DNA of 62,990 bases, the filler included, from Rhabdomonas costata (Eukaryota), in NCBI GenBank assembly GCA_019059605.1. It is 23 parts of 23 records of this genome, joined end to end, with 100 filler letters (N's around TTAATTAATTAA, not from the genome) between each part and the next. Parts side by side here need not be neighbours in the genome. Positions count along the whole stretch, not along the records: positions 32,918 to 35,558 come from JAHMHO010002518.1; positions 35,659 to 38,298 come from JAHMHO010002519.1; positions 38,399 to 41,077 come from JAHMHO010002520.1; positions 41,178 to 43,812 come from JAHMHO010002521.1; positions 43,913 to 46,554 come from JAHMHO010002522.1; positions 46,655 to 49,294 come from JAHMHO010002523.1; positions 49,395 to 52,034 come from JAHMHO010002524.1; 16 more parts are not named here. One strand, given 5' to 3'. A program made the translations under genes and the position numbers. Shown in pieces: positions 35,318-49,654 of this stretch. How positions within the stretch are numbered: the stretch's first letter is position 1; each line of letters begins with the position of its first letter. The notes under the pieces were generated by a model. The model was not told the DNA's origin, did no database searches, and was given only the letters and a program-made list of their open reading frames with translations.

Positions 35318-37019
35318 GGTCTGTCGTGTACAACACGGATTTTATACTTGTATACAGGCAAAGAGTCTTTTTCATGCTCTTGTAGATTGTATGGTCTGCT
35401 TCTTTAGAAATTGAGAACTGTCTCTACAGCGTTGCTTCTCTGTAACCAAACACATTGCTTCGTGGTTCAGGTTTAATGCATCGTGTTTGCCACTGCATAA
35501 TTTTCTGAGAGTTCCCACTTTTTTTCCAGCGCTGACTTTCCCTTTTCTACCAAACAAANNNNNNNNNNNNNNNNNNNNNNNNNNNNNNNNNNNNNNNNNN
35601 NNTTAATTAATTAANNNNNNNNNNNNNNNNNNNNNNNNNNNNNNNNNNNNNNNNNNNNTGTGTTGTGGCACAGAAAACTCTGACCACGGATATACAAATG
35701 CGATGAGTGACGACGAAAGGCAGATGCGTCCTGCGCGTCTTTCATGCACCTCTTCATTCCATCATAATCTTCTGTGCCACAAGCTGAAGAACCAGCCGAA
35801 AGTCTTTGTGTCTCCTCCCTCCGGGTCAAGTGCGATTCGGGCCATCGCTCAACGGTCATTTTTGGGGAGGGGGGAAGGGGTACACGTCCCCTGAGACTCC
35901 AAGACAACGATACAAGAAGAGAGTTAGGAGATCAGGCAACTTTTCCCTGGAATTCCAACAGCGGATTGGCACGGGGTTAGAGGGCGATGAGCAATGTCTC
36001 CTGGGAGTCCAATTAAAGCTATCAAATGGGGTTACGAGGCTACGAGGCGATCCACGTGACGCTCGACATAGGAATCATATAGGGCTCGAATGCGATCTAC
36101 ACGTTCAAGGGGATACAAGATGCTTTTCACGTTTCCGAAAGGTGTCTAGGGGCGAAAATAATTCCGGAAGACAAAGACAGGTCACCGTAATTAAATACAC
36201 AACTTTCTCTTGTGTGCATCGCCAAACAGGCTCAGACAGGGGGACACACTGAACCGGAGAGATGATGGGGTGAGCTATGTTGCAGTGAACATACTACCCA
36301 GGGGGAGAGGCAAACAGTATGGATGACGAGACAGGAGTAGGAGAATGAAATTCAGCAGAGCCTAAAGCAAGGAATCGAATCTGCTGCTCCTTTTCCGAAG
36401 CTTGAGCACAAGAACCGCAGAGCCTTAATCAAGGAATCGAATCCGCTGCTCCTTCTCCAAAGCCTGAGCACGAAAAAAACAATCGGGAGCAGGGCCGATT
36501 GCGAGAGGTGGGCCGGGCCTTCGGGGAAACGAACAGCAGGCAGAACCACCCGCGCAAAAAAAAAAGGCGCCAACCCCCCCTGACGCAGTCTGGGTCGGCT
36601 CAGTGCACGCTTGATTGCCCTGACGATGGTACAGTTTGGCGCCTGCTGGCCTCGTTCCCCTACAGGCTCAGCTTGGATATTTGCAAGCAAATCTCCACCC
36701 TCACGCGTTCGCAGCCCCAAACAGTCACCATACAAAATGGCAATCTGGGGGCAGAGCCTTACACCAAAGCCACCAGCAAAAAAAGCTCTTGCTCTTTATA
36801 CTCAAAATTCATATTTATCTTTTAAAATGGAATACCCTGTGATACGATGGGGTTCTTCAGCGAGATTTGACCGTGCAGACCGTTTTGACGGTGTTAAACG
36901 TAAAATATTACCCCCCCCCTCTGAAAATGCGATAGCCCTCTCCTTTGACCATATGCCATTTGTGGCGAATACACCAAAGTAGACACTTACACCACACCAC
37001 ACGGTGATAAGCAAAGCAC

Positions 37020-37771
37020 CTTCTGCACAACGCTGGACAGAAGGCGGGCCAGGCGCAGCCCAGCAAGGGTGATCCGCGACTGGGCCACGTTTTGTGCTTG
37101 AGCGGCGTACGCCTGGCTGACCTCACCGCCGGCAGTGATATCTGTGACAGTCCAAGTGCCAAGGGAAGCACTGCCCTCGTACCCTCCATCACCACTCCAC
37201 CCGAAGGAGGAAATGGACAAAGGGGAAAATCCGCCACCTTCCTTCCAGAGAACGCATTCACACATCCAGCTTTCTTTGTCACGATCCTGGCAAGAAAAGA
37301 TAACCTGACGGTAGACAGACAACAAAAACAGACTTTCACAAATACCAACCCACTCGCACGCAGACCCGGACGGGTCTTGCTCGAAAAACGACAGCAAAGA
37401 AAACGGCAGTTCCGGCCCAACCCCAACCGAGCTTCCACTGCTGCAGCTGCCTTGGGTGCACAGCTTGCCTCACGGTTGCGAAAGCTCCCCAGGATGCTCC
37501 CGATTGCATCCCAAGTCACCTCTCTACTGCAAACAAAAATATGCTCAGGCCTACGCAAAGCGCCTACACAACACAAGCATACTGGCGTAAACGGAGGTCT
37601 TGGCCAGGGCGAGTCCTTCCTGGGCCCACACCTTGGGGTCCTTCTCGTTCAGCTGGTCGGGGGTGAAGGTCTTGCCATAGACCCCCATCAGGTTCTTCGC
37701 CGTGGACTCCAGGAATTCCGTGTCGTTCTGCCCCAACGGACGCACCAGGTCCGTGCTAAAGAGCTCCCCCA
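37020..37771 (-). CDS. S1/P1 (class I) nuclease, 3'-nucleotidase/nuclease-like; C-terminal exons
   Basis: Exons 37771-37583 (RPLGQNDTEFLESTAKNL...DPKVWAQEGLALAKTSVY) and 37141-37020 (NITAGGEVSQAY...RITLAGLRLARLL) join in frame. WAxE...Y and RIxLAGxRLAxLL are S1/P1 C-terminal motifs. Confidence 0.85.
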
Positions 37772-38928
37772 CTGAGTCCCTGTGTCACCAGCCCACCGGC
37801 CCACCTCACACACCACACATGCAAACCTTTTTGCGGCAGTGGTGGTGGGGAGCGAGGGATTGCACATCAGGTTCCTGAGCAGGGGAGGGGAGGCGTTACA
37901 CAGAGCCACTACCAACCGCAAACGTCTCGCCCCCCGCTTGGGGTGCCAATGAGGGAACGCGGCACTCCATCACCCTGTCCGTCCGGGTGCGGCTGAGGAG
38001 AGAAGGGGGCCGGTAAATGCAACCAAGAGGGCAGAGATCGATGGTGCGGTGTGCAAGACGAAGATGTGCTGGAAAATGCATGAATGTGGGTGAGGGCCGA
38101 TAGGACGCAAAAGGTTACCTTTTGGGATCTTCAGCTTGTGCTCTGAAAGTGGCCGAAGGTTAAAGGTTAAAGGAAACTGCTCCGAGAACAACATCGCGGT
38201 GTGCAAAGGCTATGAAGTAACAGACGAGAAATTGCTTGCAGAAGGCCAAGGGAGATGCCCCCAAGGAGCAACGACCAGACCATGATCTCGGGTGATTGNN
38301 NNNNNNNNNNNNNNNNNNNNNNNNNNNNNNNNNNNNNNNNNNTTAATTAATTAANNNNNNNNNNNNNNNNNNNNNNNNNNNNNNNNNNNNNNNNNNNNGG
38401 GTTGTATTCGTGTTTGTGCGTTTTGCTTCGTTTCCGGGCGGCCTGAGATGGATACTGCGATGACGGGGCCCCAACTTAGAAAATCCAGAGGGCGCGCGGG
38501 AAACGCAATGTCCGCAAGCGGCGCAATAACCCCCGGCGTCCCAATCACATCCCAGCCGGTAAAACCACCGCAAAAAGCACCCCAAGAAGAAGACTAGCGC
38601 CTCCCGGAAACCCAAAAACCGCAGCTTGGGCAAATGTGTTGGGATAAAATCCCGCGAAACTCTGCCGATGGAATGGAGCCGCTCTTCAGTCCCCCTGAAC
38701 AAAATGCAAGTTGTAAAAATATTTTGGGTCACGGATTCCGGCCCGCCAGGCCTTGTGGGACCGGCGCCGTAATTTCAACGCCAAAGCTGCTCCCAGTTGT
38801 TCCCTTGCTGTGCCGTTGGTTGGCCCCTTGCTTTTTAGTACGCTGTGCGCCATTTTGGTGGTTACGTTGGTTTCTTCAGATTTCCCACGGAAAAGGGCTA
38901 GAGAATGGTAACCAACGTGCGTTCTAAA

Positions 38929-38931
<3 letters not shown>

Positions 38932-38962
<31 letters not shown>
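38932..38962 (+). repeat. (GT)n microsatellite, about 15 units
   Basis: Read directly from the sequence. Confidence 0.95.
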
Positions 38963-38964
<2 letters not shown>

Positions 38965-39645
38965 AGGATTAATTTCGCCAAATGGAGCCTAGTTACATCC
39001 CGAAAATCAGGAACTTAGGCCCTAACTCTTTGAACTCAAGGCTTTTTGGCGTGTTTTTATGCCGCTTGGCTTGCCGTCCCCGGCGAATTCGCAAGCTTGG
39101 AAACTCCAGATTTACGGTGTAGCCTGCTATTGTATATTTTGATTTTTAACCTTTTTTTGTGATGACCCCGGCCGGCATACGCGGATCACTTCCTACCTTG
39201 GATCCTGGGGTTCCAGATCAGAAAAAGGCGGAGGAAGCAGCTGGATGTTATGGCCAGCCAATCAATCATTGCTTTAGGAGAATATGTCATCGTGCTTTTT
39301 TTGAGTGATGCGCAGTTCGAGTCCTGGAGCCGTACTTCCATAAACTAAAGCCCAAAGTTTTTCCAGCACACAAATGGGTGGCGATCTGATTGTGAGACAG
39401 CCCGCTCGAGCATGAGATGTGCTTGGCCGAAGTTCCATTTGCCCAGACATACAAAATGTTCATCCCAACGGAGTTTTGCCCTACATTGGTGCTAAAAATG
39501 ATCATGGGGTTCAGAAGGTGATGTTCGCAACAGAGGAATGACGGCACCCGAAAAGAACTAGGAATAAAAAACTCGTCCATATGGTTCCGTTCACCGGTGT
39601 GTCGCCCGCGTCCACTCGATGTTTTACCCGCGGCTAACACCAAGG

Positions 39646-40849
39646 GGTAACCCCGATTAACTGCTCCCGCCGATTATCTGCCCCCGGTAGAAGAAACGAA
39701 CAACATTGTCACAGAACCAGGTTCTCTAGAGGGTCACACAGGTTTTTCTGAACAGTACATGGGAAACGAGCCAGAAGTAAATGCAAAATAAGCGCTGTGT
39801 ATTGAAAAGGAACATAATTTCACCGATTTCTCTGCTCTCTAGCAATACGGCGAACCTGATCATTGCAGCCATCCACCGTGTTTGTGTGTACATCGTGAGA
39901 CCCTTCCTTTCTAGCAAACGACACTTTATGGTTGACACTCTCGTGTACAAAATCACGTGAAAGATGCAGGTAAGCCTTCCACTCGTCCGTCTGGACATAG
40001 CTCCCTTCCTCGGCGTTTTCACGGATATTTTCCGCACAAAGAGGAAGTAGTCCTTTCATACAACAATAAATCCCTCAACCTCTTTGCCTGTCTGCTACCC
40101 TGCTCGTTCCTTTCCACCTCCACCATTGTGTGCACCCACTGCACCCCAGTGGACCTGCCTTTTTTTTATACCTCTGTTAAACTTTCGCCGGCCAATCGCC
40201 ATTTCGTTGTCCACCAGCCCAACCAGCTTGTCCATCGATTCGCAGAGCACCAACTTGCGCCAGTTGCTGAAAAGCTTTCGAAGGGTATCAATCCAGCTTC
40301 GTCTGCTTGAGAACTTGCTTCATACAATGCTCCCGACTCCACAAAAACAGAGCCTTTAACGCCTCGTAGTGCTTACGTGTCCCATGCAGGAAGGAGTCAG
40401 GCGTCACGACGTTCACCTGAACAACAGAAACCTGTGTATCACCATCTAACCCGTGTAAAGTGCGGGGGGATCAGCCACCCCTGACGAACGTGTAGTGCAC
40501 CGCTGGGGAACGTGTATCGCCACCTTACCCCATGCAAATCTTCTACTAGAATCATGGCATACGTGTATCGCCACCTAAACCCATGAAAGTGTCGCTGGCG
40601 CGATATGTCGCCGCACCGCCACGTCCATGGTCTGGATGGTGTATTGACATAACTCCATTAAGAGCAGGTTAAAGTAAACCAGATTCAACCAGATCATGTA
40701 CAATAATTTGCTTCTTCTACTTGTAGCGGCATCCAATTTCATCGAGTGTAAGATCACAAAAACAATACATAACCAATAACAAAGCGACAAAGAAAGCTAA
40801 AGAGCTGTGGGGAGCAGTTAATCGTTGGTAGCAGATAATTGGTATGACC
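39646..40849 (-). mobile_element. Merlin-superfamily (IS1016/IS1595-like) DNA transposon, degenerate, with TIR-like ends
   Basis: Left end GGTAACCCCGATTAACTGCTCCCGCCGATTATCTGC. Right end, reverse-complemented, GGTCATACCAATTATCTGCTACCAACGATTAACTGCTCCC. A transposase remnant lies between them. No clear TSD. Confidence 0.8.
39820..40742 (-). pseudogene. Merlin/IS1595-like DDE transposase pseudogene
   Basis: Motifs in the expected order across frameshifts and stops: WLNL...LL...C, GFRWRY, LFLWS, GRRKFNRG, QWVHTMVE, GSYVQTDEWKAYLHL, HESVNHK, VHTNTVDG. Confidence 0.88.
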
Positions 40850-41314
40850 CGTCCCAACCACAAAAGCCAGTTTTAGAGCCCACAAACATGAATCAGAAGA
40901 CACCATAAAAACCATGAAGGCAAGGAAATCTAACCCAGAATCCCGAATGCCGAAACCATTTCTTTAAACGCAATTAACGCGAAAGACAGAAGGCCGAATA
41001 AAAACACCTCCAAACCAGCTGCTAACCACCGCATATGAACTGTCCATAAACCAAAACCCTAAGGCCCACCAAACAAANNNNNNNNNNNNNNNNNNNNNNN
41101 NNNNNNNNNNNNNNNNNNNNNTTAATTAATTAANNNNNNNNNNNNNNNNNNNNNNNNNNNNNNNNNNNNNNNNNNNNGGTTGTGGTGGGCGTGCAAGATA
41201 CTAAAGAGAAATTCGGGGTAAGTGAAGAAGCTTTACCTGAGAGAGATACTCCCCTCGCGCCCACACCAAGCGCACCCCCGCAGAAGCAATGAGTGAATAT
41301 GTCTTTTGCCACAC

Positions 41315-41447
41315 CAAAGGATTCCAGCTTGCCAACAATGTAGTCCCGTGCACAGTCGATGTTCGTGGTGCCGGGGATGCGTGGGGACCATTGCATCAGT
41401 TCCTGCCCCCATTGATACGCCTGGTTGTTGTTATCGCGCGTGGCCAT
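41315..41447 (-). CDS. First exon of a possible M28-family peptidase / glutaminyl-cyclase-like protein
   Basis: MATRD...WSPRIPGTTNIDCARDYIVGKLESF|GT resembles the PRxPGT...ARxYI..xL N-terminal motif of M28 enzymes. A pyrimidine tract + AG precedes the ATG. Confidence 0.45.
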
Positions 41448-42148
41448 GAGGGCACTTCTCGCAAAATAAAAAACAGGGAGAGAGAGAGAAAAAAGCTGTA
41501 CACGGACTAATCGACTATATATGCGAGTGCACAAGCAATCCACTGCTCCATGCTGAGAACGGAGAAGAGAGGCAGACAAGAACCTGCCAAATCAGAGATT
41601 GAACAAGCAGAAAAAGCACGCCAGAGTGGGAAAAAGAAGAAGAGGTTCCGATTCGTGCGTTTAGACGGCTCCGCTATGGAGCACCAAACCAACATGCTAG
41701 GCGACTGAGCGACATGCGAATCACAAGGTTGAGGTAAAGGCGCAGCTCCTCACTTCAGCCGCCGCATAGCCGCAGGCGCAGTGTGGGCACGCAGCTCAGT
41801 GGAACACACACCACCGCGAAGAGGACAACAAACAAGACCGGTGGAACGATCCGCGAAAATTACCAATACGACGCGCTGAAAGAAAGAAGGGCTTTGCGCT
41901 AATCCAGAGCCTCAGCAAACCTACATATAGCATCGAATCAAAAAACAGCAGAGGCCTGCCAATACATTTTTTCCTTTGCGCTTCCTCCCTCCCTTTAATG
42001 GCACCAAATAAACGTCAACAACCACTTGTCGGCATCCTTCCCTCCAAAAAGAAGCGATGGAAGAAGGCTTCAACCAAAAATCGTCCTGCTCTTTGTTGAC
42101 ACCGTGCAAAAAAAGGCAGTTCTGTGTGGGGTCCTGCTTTTTTTTGCG

Positions 42149-42894
42149 TCAGGTCCGCTTGGAGTCGAGCCTCCGCTGAGCCTCCTCAATCTCTGGGGAG
42201 TCGTTAAGAACCTTCCGTTGCAGCAGCTCCACGGCGCGGTACTTCTGCCCGCACCGGTCCAGGCAGCGGCGCTCAAACCATGTCAGGTTCTGCCTGAGAT
42301 ACGCATAGAAAGGGTGCAGCGAGGGCGCAGGGCAGCGGAATGGGAAACAGATAACTGCACGCCCAGACGTTATAATAATCCCCAGTGTGTTTTCGAGGAC
42401 TCCAAAGCTGGGGTTGGGTGGGGGTGAGAACGTGCGAAATCCCGAATCGCTGCAGAGGCCGGTCCTTTGGGTCCGAGAGTTTCCTGACGATTCACCCTCG
42501 GCCGGTTGTGGTGCCCCTTGGCTCCTGTTTTGTATCCCTGTTGTGTTTTGGGCCGCTTCTAGCCACTGCGTTAGGAAAAGAAGCGCTTTCGCGGAAAAGA
42601 AGACCCATTCGGTTCTATACTTGAGAAGTATGATCCAATGCGGCAATGTATATCTCTCCGGTAGGCCAACTCGGGGAAACATCATGAGTTGGGTCCAAGA
42701 ACGGCACTGATCTATGGTGGGGATCCTCCCCCCTTGGCGGTACCAAAAAAAATTTCGGTGACAGGTTGAGCAACGTCCGGCCCTCCGGCATACGTGAAGA
42801 AGCGATTCACGCAGCTCTGAAAGCACATCTCGGTGGCCTGCAGAGTGAGCTGTGCGTCCAGCTCCCTGCGGAAGGCGTTCAGCTTCGCCTCCAT
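42149..42894 (-). CDS. Small Tim chaperone (Tim8/9/10/13 family, twin CX3C); complete, 81 aa, two exons
   Basis: Exons 42894-42794 and 42293-42149 give MEAKLNAFRRELDAQLTLQATEMCFQSCVNRFFTQNLTWFERRCLDRCGQKYRAVELLQRKVLNDSPEIEEAQRRLDSKRT*, with a GT-AG intron. Confidence 0.85.
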
Positions 42895-43955
42895 CTCTTG
42901 CTGGGAGCAGCGCAGCCGAAATTGCCACCCAAACTATTTTCTTTGTAAATAGCGTTTTGAGGACTGAGCGCAAAATGGCTTACACTCTGAACGAGCAAAA
43001 CAAGTTTCGTCAGGGAGGCAAAAGCCACCCCCAGAGAGGCCACAGCTGCGAGGAATGATCGGCTATCTAGAAGCATTGGAACCACAATGACCGCCACCGT
43101 TAAAGAACAGGTCACCAATTTATTGACAGATCACGGGCAGAGAGAGAATAGGATGAAAGGGGTCGCCCTGTAGGCAACAATAACTTGCTTGCAGTGATTC
43201 AGGAGTGGGGCCTCTCACGGGGGATAGGCTTCTCCTTTGCTTTTCCCATCGTTGATTCCTTTGGCTGCAAGGTAAACTTGTTGCAGCCCAGGCAGGCCGC
43301 AGAGCAAAAAGTACCCCGGTGATGTTCGGTACCTTTTTGCCAGGTTTCCCGACATTCTATGACGAGAGTCCATTCTTTTCCCTCCCCATGCATCGGTTAG
43401 GTGACGCAAAGAAATCGTGTGCGGGAGCAAATTTCACGCATATGCTCCTGCAAACCTGGGCAGCAGTCTTTTTCTGGGTCGCCATTAACTCGGAGCAAGG
43501 CGAGGGAGCTCCGCTGGACCTCACCTCACTTCACCAGAAAAGAAGACAGGATGTGGGGTTACAAAACGTTGGTGGATGGGAATGGAAACCCCAAATAACA
43601 AATAAAGCTCTGGGACACAAAAAGAGGCCGCAGTTGAACAGGCAAGACCGACCTCCGGACGAAAGACATCCTGGCTAAACCACGAATAATGACTGATTAC
43701 TAGACCTCGATGGGAGCATGCCGGTGGCAAGTGCTCAGTTCTAGGCATGCTCTCACATCCACGCCCGGTATGATACTGGATGCGGAAAAAAACCAGAAAC
43801 CATGTTTCCGCTNNNNNNNNNNNNNNNNNNNNNNNNNNNNNNNNNNNNNNNNNNNNTTAATTAATTAANNNNNNNNNNNNNNNNNNNNNNNNNNNNNNNN
43901 NNNNNNNNNNNNTCAGTGCAACGAAAAAGGAGAAAGCAGGGGATAACCAATGCAC

Positions 43956-44690
43956 CTTCATCGAAGAAATCTGAATGTCCTGCACACCGACCAGCGCATC
44001 CTGGCCCGTCTGCCACGACACCATCCACAGACCTACGGCGGGGACCACCGCATACGCGCATAAAACTTCCACTAGCAGCACACTCAGAGGCATTGTGAAC
44101 CATTAATGCTTGAAATTTTGGTTCCCCAGCATGTAGGAGCCGCTCAGCATGACTGTGATTTCAACGGGGTTTGTGAGTTCATCGTCTCAGTGGGAATCAT
44201 CGAGGTAGCGCCCTACAGGACGCCAGACGGTAGAGATAACCGTGTAGCAGAACCTAAACCGTTCCACTTTCGGGGCCACACCAGAGCAAGCGGAGTGCAT
44301 CAAAACAAAACAAACAGCAAGGCAAATAAAACGAGTTGTAGCACAAAAAAGACGCCGTGTAAAAACTCAATGATTCGGAGGACTACGGCAAATTAGAGAA
44401 AAGAGAAGACACAGTAAAGCTGCTAAAGCAAGATTGAAAGGGGCCAGAAGATGATCCGGATGGCGAATATCACAGCAAAGTTAGGCAGGGAATCAGAGGA
44501 ATTTCATTGTAGTCTTGGAGTTCTTAGATAAGTTATGAGTCAGTGTGGGTTTAGAGGGCGACAAAGGGGTGTTTAAAGGCGAGTCTTGAAGGTCTAGTCC
44601 AGTCTTGTATGGATGGAACCGCCGAAGGTGACTGCGAGAATGAGGGCGATGGGCCACCCACCACCACAAGAGACACAGCAAGTTACCATC
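43956..44690 (-). CDS. N-terminal transmembrane exons of an unidentified receptor-like membrane protein
   Basis: CVSCGGGWPIALILAVTFG|GT ... AG|GLWMVSWQTGQDALVGVQDIQISSMK|GT, phase-compatible; limits approximate. Confidence 0.35.
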
Positions 44691-46816
44691 CGGTCCAGAT
44701 TTGCTCAAGTCACCCATCATAAGTTACTCGATAAGCCGCGACAGGGAATTTCATTCTTCTGGAGAAACACTATCCCTGGGTCTCTTGGACAAACCTCTAT
44801 TTCATGTCGCAACAGATACACCGAACTCCGCTCAATGAAACTCAGACATAACATTGAGTTACAGTACCCCAAAAAAAAGAAAAATTCAAATAAAAGTAAA
44901 GGGGAGCGGCAAAGAAGATGGGGGGCACTTGGAGCAGACGCCTACATAATAAACACCCAAGGTTCACGCTCGCAAGGTAGTGATACCTTGCCACACAACT
45001 GTTCAGGCTGAAGTCTAATGGCAGTCACGTCTGTCACATGTCACATCAACAGAATACTTGGCGTGGTAGCACGCGGGTAGTGGAGAAAGAAGTTGGCATG
45101 AAGCAGAAGGGTATAAAGGCTCCCCGACCAAACAATAGGTGCACGGATAAACACGGAGTACATCACATGTTTCATTTGGCACTGTATTCGAAAATACGCC
45201 GAAAACCTGAAAATCACAAAACACGCGCCGACAAGCCCAAAGACTGTGTTTTCTCTCCAACACTGTGTTTCTGTCTACACAAATTTGCGGAATGTAATCC
45301 AGTAAATTCCATAATTATATGGTTCTGCAACCACCGCAAAGATATGAATACATATTCGTTTCTATTTTCACTCCAAAAAACCGGAACGCAGTGCAGCAAT
45401 GCAGTGCATTTGCTTGTCCCTCGAAGTTGGATATCAACTTAAACACCGTAGAAACCCTAGAAACCTGAAAAGCTACAGAACAACCCCAAAAACAACGCTC
45501 TATCTTATCATCCTCGGTCATCGGCGAAGATTTTGCAGGAACGAATCGGCCAGAAACCGCTGTGGCACGATTCTCCGCTGTTAACTGGCAAAAATGGGCA
45601 TTGGAGTGGTCACAAGAAGCGTTGGATGCAGCAGGTCTTGCGTCAAGAAGCGCGCGTCGAGAAAAGACTAAAGACCACCACAGCAACGCACTTGTATAAC
45701 ACACACAGAAGCCGCAAAGACGATTAACAGAAAACCAGGCACGGCAGGAGGGTTCAACAGCTTTTACAAGTGTCAACCGCCCGAAAACAATGCGCAAGGC
45801 TGCATGAGGCAGAAACAGATACAGATGCCTGTGGTTGAGGGCTTGTGACCAGCGCATTGATCGTCATCACCTGTGTCAGTTTTTGTACAGTATTGCGTGT
45901 TTTCACTGCCTGGATTAAGGTGCATTAAAACTCTACCACTGCAGTTTTTCGGAAAATTTCCTACCGTGTTTTCCAAATTAAAAATCTGGATTTCTCCATC
46001 AAAGCTTTTGCTTTACCACTTCTACTGAGAGTTTTCTAGTACTTTACTTGTAAATTTCATCTTGGCTTTCTTTTACCTCTTTCTAAGATTCCAAAAATCC
46101 CAACCGCCAATCGACGTCTCGGAATCAGCTGGCGTGCATTTACTTTCCTGTTAGTCACTTCTCCTTTGAACTTACCGTGTGCCCTGTGGTTCCGGGTGAA
46201 AGTTTCCATCAAAAATTCTTCACTTCAGTAAGCAGGAAAAAGCAACAATAATTTCTCAAGGTATAGTTTGTTGTTAACTGAAATCAAAGCGTAAAACACA
46301 TAGTAGATCCTGGATGTCACGAAGAGGATTCGTAACCGGCTATCTTAACGGCTGCTACGCCCGGAAACCCGGAAACTAAGACCGAGAGATTCGTAAATCT
46401 GCTCGGTCCAATTCTCAACAAGTGATCGGGATAAAATCCCCCAGAGAAAAGGGCCGCAACAAGCCAGTAGGGTACAAAGTGCCCTATGTATGGAATGCCA
46501 AGCCCCTTTGGAAAGAGATTCCGGAAAACCATGGTATGGTGTTACCTGGCTGTGNNNNNNNNNNNNNNNNNNNNNNNNNNNNNNNNNNNNNNNNNNNNTT
46601 AATTAATTAANNNNNNNNNNNNNNNNNNNNNNNNNNNNNNNNNNNNNNNNNNNNGTTTGTGTTGTGGGAAATCTTGAACATTATTGCTACCCTTGAACAG
46701 TGGGACATTGATATGCTGTCGGTAATAACAGAAAACATGGCGTTCCATCTTTGTGTTTTTTCAGGTGCGTGTACGCGTTTGTGCACATATTCGTATATGC
46801 GTGCGCATGGATGCAG

Positions 46817-48881
<2,065 letters not shown>

Positions 48882-49654
48882 TAGCGTGGAGTGGTCCTCA
48901 TTGGGATATTTTGTCTGTCATTGCAAAGTAGTGAGGTGGGTGGTTGATGTGGAATTACGCGCGTGAGACGTCCTCTGGCGAAGCGACCGATCAACACAAT
49001 TAAGACCTCAGGAGTTCCACCATTCGCTCATTCGTTGGGGGTCACACAGCATCCATCTTCAACTTATAGCGGCTTAGCAGACACACAATTGCCACTCCAT
49101 TTTGCTGCTGGTACACGCAAAATCCAGCTTTCTGGTGCCAGTTCGACTTGGCCACGTGTTGAACTGTTGCAAGACTGTAGAGTGCCTAAGACCTTTCTCA
49201 GAGATAATGGATACACCAGTATGTGCCCCCTCTGGCGCACTGTGCACTTCCGCAATTTTGCTACCAACACCCCACCACCCAAACACACAACACANNNNNN
49301 NNNNNNNNNNNNNNNNNNNNNNNNNNNNNNNNNNNNNNTTAATTAATTAANNNNNNNNNNNNNNNNNNNNNNNNNNNNNNNNNNNNNNNNNNNNGGTTTT
49401 GGGTAAAGAACTGAACTGCAGTTCTGAAACCGAGTACTTGGCGATTTAACCGGCAGGAAAGCAGAGATTTTCCCGTTTTCGGTTAAGGCACTCTCGCGGG
49501 AGTTGGCAGCAAGATGTCTGCACGCAACCGCAGTCCGCCCATTGTTCCGGTCCTTGTTGTGACTAGCGCACTTGCTCCGCACCCAGAGTCCGATTTCAGA
49601 GTGGATCATATCATACAGCTGAGACGGGGGAAGGGTTCTTCAAATGTTTTCTAG

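Noticed and set aside
40429..40592. CRISPR-like repeat-spacer array
   Set aside because: Only three degenerate units with irregular spacers, inside a eukaryotic transposase, and no cas genes.
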